Assembly: GCA_964016885.1 (NCBI GenBank)
Contig: OZ024747.1
Coordinates: 30,504,001 to 30,568,000 of the forward strand
Reading direction: 5' to 3'
Length of the DNA stretch: 64,000 nt
From: Eledone cirrhosa
Lineage: Eukaryota
The notes under the pieces are model-generated. The model searched no databases. It was not told where the DNA came from and saw only the letters and a list, made by a program, of their open reading frames with translations. Position numbers and translations under genes: made by a program. This document shows, piece by piece, positions 63,951 through 64,000 of the stretch (the first letter of the stretch is position 1; each line of letters starts with the position of its first letter).

Positions 63951-64000
63951 CTAAACGAAAAATAAAATAAATAAAAAATAAGTTTCGGGGCAATTTATGT

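Overview
AT-rich, repeat-saturated animal DNA with abundant (TA)n, (CA)n, (CAT)n and (TAA)n microsatellites. The SINE and RTE repertoire suggests a coleoid cephalopod such as an octopus (inference). Only one clear host exon is visible: a minus-strand, phase 1-1 LDL-receptor class A exon at 43910-44032, so much of the window is probably intronic. The rest is retroelements: three Penelope-like (RT + GIY-YIG) families, RTE LINEs (one with an intact RT carrying a PHD-finger insertion), two Tx1/L1-type LINEs, R4/Dong- and CRE-type RLE fragments, two tRNA-derived SINE families and TA-flanked MITEs. The most notable signal lies outside the ORF track: about ten minimal type-I hammerhead-ribozyme motifs in PLE terminal regions and in small non-coding elements beside (TA)n tracts. 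These include a retrozyme-like pair 424 nt apart, a hammerhead forming the loop of a ~155-bp hairpin, mirror hammerheads in an 880-bp palindrome, long-stem-II forms and a recurrent atypical C-N-G-U-N-G-A core. All structures were read by eye. Boundaries are approximate and no activity has been shown.
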